From Curvularia clavata (lineage: Eukaryota), in the NCBI GenBank assembly GCA_023920165.1, contig CP089276.1, positions 3,782,001-3,846,000 of the forward strand: a stretch of DNA of 64,000 nt, given 5' to 3'. The notes beneath the pieces are model-generated. The model ran no database searches, had not been told where the DNA came from, and worked only from the letters and a program-made list of their open reading frames with translations. Positions 60,077 through 64,000 of this stretch are shown here, one piece after another; the first letter of the stretch is position 1, and the number at the start of each line of letters is the position of its first letter. The position numbers and the translations under genes were made by a program.

Positions 60077-60929
60077 GATGGCTTTACAGGTGTAGTTGGA
60101 ATAGTAGTAGTGAAATGCGTCTTGAAGGATAAACGCGTTGAAAATTGACAAACAAAAGTCTCCAGACTTTCTTGTACCTTCTCACCGCAAGTTGAGCTCC
60201 AGTGACACTGCACATAACTTGCAGTGATGTGCAGTTCTTATGCTGCATAAGATACTTTTTCTTAGCTTTGGGGAGCCGAAATGCGTCAAAAGCAAAATTA
60301 ATCGTATTGCGACTTTTACCATCGCTATTTTGGTCAGCGGTGGTTGTAGGAGAAGGCTATGGTGTATCAGGAATTGCAGCAAAGGACAAATTTATGATAA
60401 ATAATATCTAGTCATTTTTCGGCCTGAAAGACGTCAGCGATTGCAATTCCACTGATCGTACGCTTCACACCAACATGGGCGGTAATCTAAACCTGAAAAC
60501 CACAATAAAACATGTTAAAACAGCAGGAAATAAAAGGGTCTAACGACACGAAAAATTCTCTTAGGCTGGCAGCCCTTATGCAGAGAATACACTCGCAGGC
60601 ACAAGCAATGGAAGGCTAGTTGCCAATGCCACCCACACCCTAGATACACAGCTATTTGAAGCCGAGATTCAAAACTCCTAGCCCTCACTCTGGATGCTGA
60701 TTGGTAATTATGTTGCGAGGAATGGGTACAAGGTACATTCAGGATTTTGTGGGGATGCTAAAACTCCCGAGTGGGTCAAAAATTAACGGAGATCCGACAG
60801 AGCACTAGCCTTATTCGTCAAAAGAGTGGGACAGCATCACGCTGAGCGAAGAGAGCCACCATGTTGACGCTCAGAGAAATAAATTTTGATAAAGTTATAT
60901 TTGATAATATTCGTCTTTTTTTCATCAAA

Positions 60930-61000
60930 GCATTCTTGGTCCAACGGTAGGATAATTGCCTTCCAAGCAATTGGCCCGGGTTCGACTCCCGGAGGATGCA
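60930..61000 (+). tRNA. tRNA-Gly (anticodon TCC), intronless
   Basis: Acceptor stem GCATTCT/AGGATGC. Anticodon arm ATTGC-CTTCCAA-GCAAT with TCC at 60962-60964. T-loop GGTTCGACTCC. T-run about 30 nt downstream. Confidence 0.95.
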
Positions 61001-61544
61001 CAACATCCTTCTCTCGATTGCAACGTTGTGATTTTTTTGCTTTTCCAACTGGGTCGGGCGAAGAAGTCAGATCTGCCTTTTTGCCGTTAACCGCATGGGA
61101 TTACCGTTTTCTTTGAGATTTTTTTCTTTTTAGCGCTCGTCTTGATGCCGTCAAGTAGAGAGGAATGTCTATAGCGTACAGGGTGCAGTTTTGTCGCAGT
61201 GTGGGAATTTGGTGGTCATGTCGTGTCAATTCAACTTTAGTCACCTTCCTTTCGCTGTTCTAGACTCACAATAACTATAATAAAGAGTAGTCAACCTATT
61301 TGTTTGTAACACAAATACTAACTTTCTATTATATTCTATCAAATATCTCGCGCTATAGTTATTAGATAGTTACAAAAAGTAGCTTATCAAAATCGCGTGA
61401 GTTCTCTGCGTCTATAATAGAAGTTATATATATTTTATGCTATTCTAATCTTAACTCTATTCTATAGGATTAAGGTCCGCAAACTCGCTAAGAAATCTGG
61501 GATTAAGGTCGATTTTGACCTTAATTCTGTCGGAGATTGAGGAT

Positions 61545-62144
61545 AGGGATACCATGCGTCTGTACAAGATGTGTAAAGGTGTCAAACCCCTCCATAATAA
61601 AGTCTAAGTCATGCGCAAGTGCGCGATTGAGATTGAGAGATCGCTGTCGCCGTACATGAAGCTCAGGCTGCCGTTTGAGCTATTATTCTGCCCATCGCGA
61701 GCTTGCAGTTAGTGGAGGACCAGGACCATCATGAGCTTGTTGAAGAAGAAATTAGCACACGATACAATCATAGGCAGTCGTACACAAACGCCAAGTTTAT
61801 CAAAGCGTGCGATGTAATCTTATAGAGCTTGGTCTTACGCCTTAGCAAGCTTGTAGGTGCCAGAAGAATGTTGAGAATATGTTGGGCGGCCTTTTGATCG
61901 GGCGAGTAATCGTTGGTATAGAACACTGTATTCACGCGCAAGCTGCTTAAAATTGGACTTTAAGATATCCTTGATAGACTTTAACATCTCTGTGATACGA
62001 TCATTAATCGAAGCTTGAGATGGAGCCATTATGGGAGCTACAAGTAGGGATTAAAGTGATAGAGTTGCAAAAAATATTGTATTGAAGGTAATATCGTATT
62101 GAGCGTCGGCACTCGCCGCAGCCGAGTGCCAGCGCAGTTGACGT
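61545..62144 (-). mobile_element. RIP-degraded, truncated Fot1/pogo-type (Tc1/mariner superfamily) DNA transposon, 5' part
   Basis: Minus-strand translation from 62029: ...LAREYSVLYQRLLARSKGRP...KLAKA*DQAL*DYIARFDKLG...RLPMIVSCAN, frameshift, LLQQAHDGPGPPLTASSRWAE**LKRQPEL...LVQTHGIP. This fits HTH + CENP-B-type DNA-binding regions and ends before the DDE domain. Candidate terminus ACGT at 62141-62144. Confidence 0.8.
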
Positions 62145-62683
62145 AGCTACGCCTTGGCACGGATAGAATTTGGCTGGCCAAGCTGTAATTTATAAGCAGT
62201 CTACTCGGGCGGACATCTATAAGTTCCGAGAATCTATACCCTTCATGGACTGGGCGAATTGGGTCTCTATACCAGGAAGGAAAAACAAGATTTCCTCCGC
62301 AGATACTAACTCTATAATATGAGCTATCAATTATCTATATTTCGGCCAAGAGCACTAGTGCAGCCCCCTGCTTAAGAGCAGGTAAAACAATAACGTGGGG
62401 CACGTTGTTTAGCTTTTGCCTGTATAATGCTAACAGACCGGAACCACGGACATCCATTAGTGGCACCGACACTAACTACTGAGATTGTAAAGGTGGATTC
62501 TATTCCCCATCAGGGCAAGATAGATAATATTAAGAGACTGTATGAATAAAGAAAACAAGCGAATGGTTATATAAAGTCATGCCGCTTATGCACTTATTCT
62601 CTCTGAGTATCAAGTTCATCTGTATATGTTAAACAAATTATCTCTCAAAATCCCTTCACTTTTTGTTACTATCCTTTCGTACG

Positions 62684-64000
62684 ATGCCTGGTTATCCTCT
62701 GTTTTTGCTTGCTGTAGCCCTATTTTACAACATCCTTGCTACAGCATCATCGATTCTATTTGCTGGGGGAACTATAATCGCATTCGACTACAACACTGAG
62801 TCGCTTCAAATCATTCGCAATGGTTCTATCTTAGTAACCAACGACTGTATCGCCGCCATTATACCTGCTTCCGCCGTGGTTGATGTGCCAAAGAACACGG
62901 AGATAATCAATGCCACGCAGAAGATCATCACTGCAGGCTTCATCGACACACACAGACATGGTTGGCAGACTGTCTTCAAAACACTTGGATCGAACGCCAG
63001 TCTTGCCGAGTATTTCTATCGCTATGGACCAAGTAGTGGCGCTGCACTCTTAACAGCTGATGACGTTTATATCAGCCAACTGGCAGGGCTCTATGAAGCA
63101 CTTAATGCCGGTGTTACCACAGTGCTTGACCATGCGCACCACACCTGGTCAGGAGAAGCAGCTGAAGCAGGTCTGTCAGGATCAATTGATAGTGGTGCTA
63201 GAGTCATTTGGAGCTACGGGTTCCAGAACAGTACCAACTATACTATGCCACAACAAATTCAGAACTTCCGCGATATTGCTACCAAGGCAGCATCTAATGG
63301 CTCTTCTACGACTCTGGGTATTGCTTACGACTCTTTTGGCCCGAATCCGGTACTTGAAGAGGTTAATGAGATTATTCAATTAGGAAGGTAAGACGCTGAG
63401 CACGCAGTTGATATAATTGCTTAACCTGCCGGCAGGGAATATAATGTTTCTTTAATAACTGCACACTCGTTGCAGGGTCCTTGGGGTAGTAAGTTAATAC
63501 ACTTTTGGATAGTGTCCCCGTCCCATCAGCTCTATTTATCTAAAACTAATCCGGAAAAGTCACAAATAGCCCTGAAGATTTACAATCCTTAGGCATTCTC
63601 AACACCTCGATCCCAATAGTCCTCTCGCACGCAAGTTTCCTCACCTCAACCGGTGCCGACCTTCTCCGCAGCACAAATCAATACATCTCTATTACTCCAG
63701 AATCGGAAATGCACTACGGCCACACCAACCCGCATAGCCACCAAATCCAAGATCAGTGTGCACTTGGTGTTGACACACACTTTACCTTCTCCACGGATAT
63801 TCTAACGCAGGCGCGGATCTGGCTGCAGAGCGCGCGCTACAGGATGTACAATTCAGTACTTGATACGTGGCGCATCCCACGCAACAACCCAATGTCGGTC
63901 AACCAAGCATTCTTACTTGCGACACGCCACGGTGCACTGGCCCTGCGACGACCGGACCTTGGCGTCCTAGCTACTGGAGCCAAGGCAGATCTTGTTGTGT
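62684..64000 (+). CDS. Amidohydrolase family protein (Atz/Trz, MTA/SAH-deaminase-like) with N-terminal signal-like peptide; runs off the end of the window
   Basis: Exons 62684-63387, 63436-63488 and 63560->64000. Motifs AGFIDTHRHGWQT (HxH metal site), EALNAGVTTVLDHAH, ITPESEMHYGH, ALGVDTH, GAKADLVV. Confidence 0.88.

Overview
Eukaryotic DNA from a filamentous ascomycete: short GT-AG introns with CTAAC/CTGAC branch sites and RIP-like decay of repeats. A Dothideomycete/Pleosporales origin is my impression, not proven. I can support 25 protein-coding gene models: a Whi3/Scw1-type RRM protein, mitochondrial mS45 (Mrps35), Snd2, Cdc27/BimA, Cbr1, 5-oxoprolinase, an SR splicing factor, Nab2, protoporphyrinogen oxidase, a HAL/Ptk-family kinase and several accessory genes. 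There is also one tRNA-Gly(TCC), an intronic box C/D snoRNA, a RIP-damaged Fot1/pogo transposon relic, a frameshifted three-exon gene, and several mini- and microsatellites. The most notable items are: (1) a head-to-head gene pair, 221 bp apart, encoding the two halves of plant Tm-1 (UPF0261 domain and TIM barrel); (2) a compact GT8 + acyltransferase-3 + GT32 cluster that looks like a module for an O-acylated glycan; (3) an intron-containing gene that appears derived from a Ty1/copia protease but has lost the catalytic Asp; (4) two adjacent spliced CFEM-like genes that the ORF track does not show; (5) the snoRNA in the mS45 intron; (6) a 20-bp minisatellite that generates Gcn4/CpcA-type sites. 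Exon boundaries were derived by hand from splice consensus and reading-frame continuity. Family assignments come from motif recognition, not from database searches.
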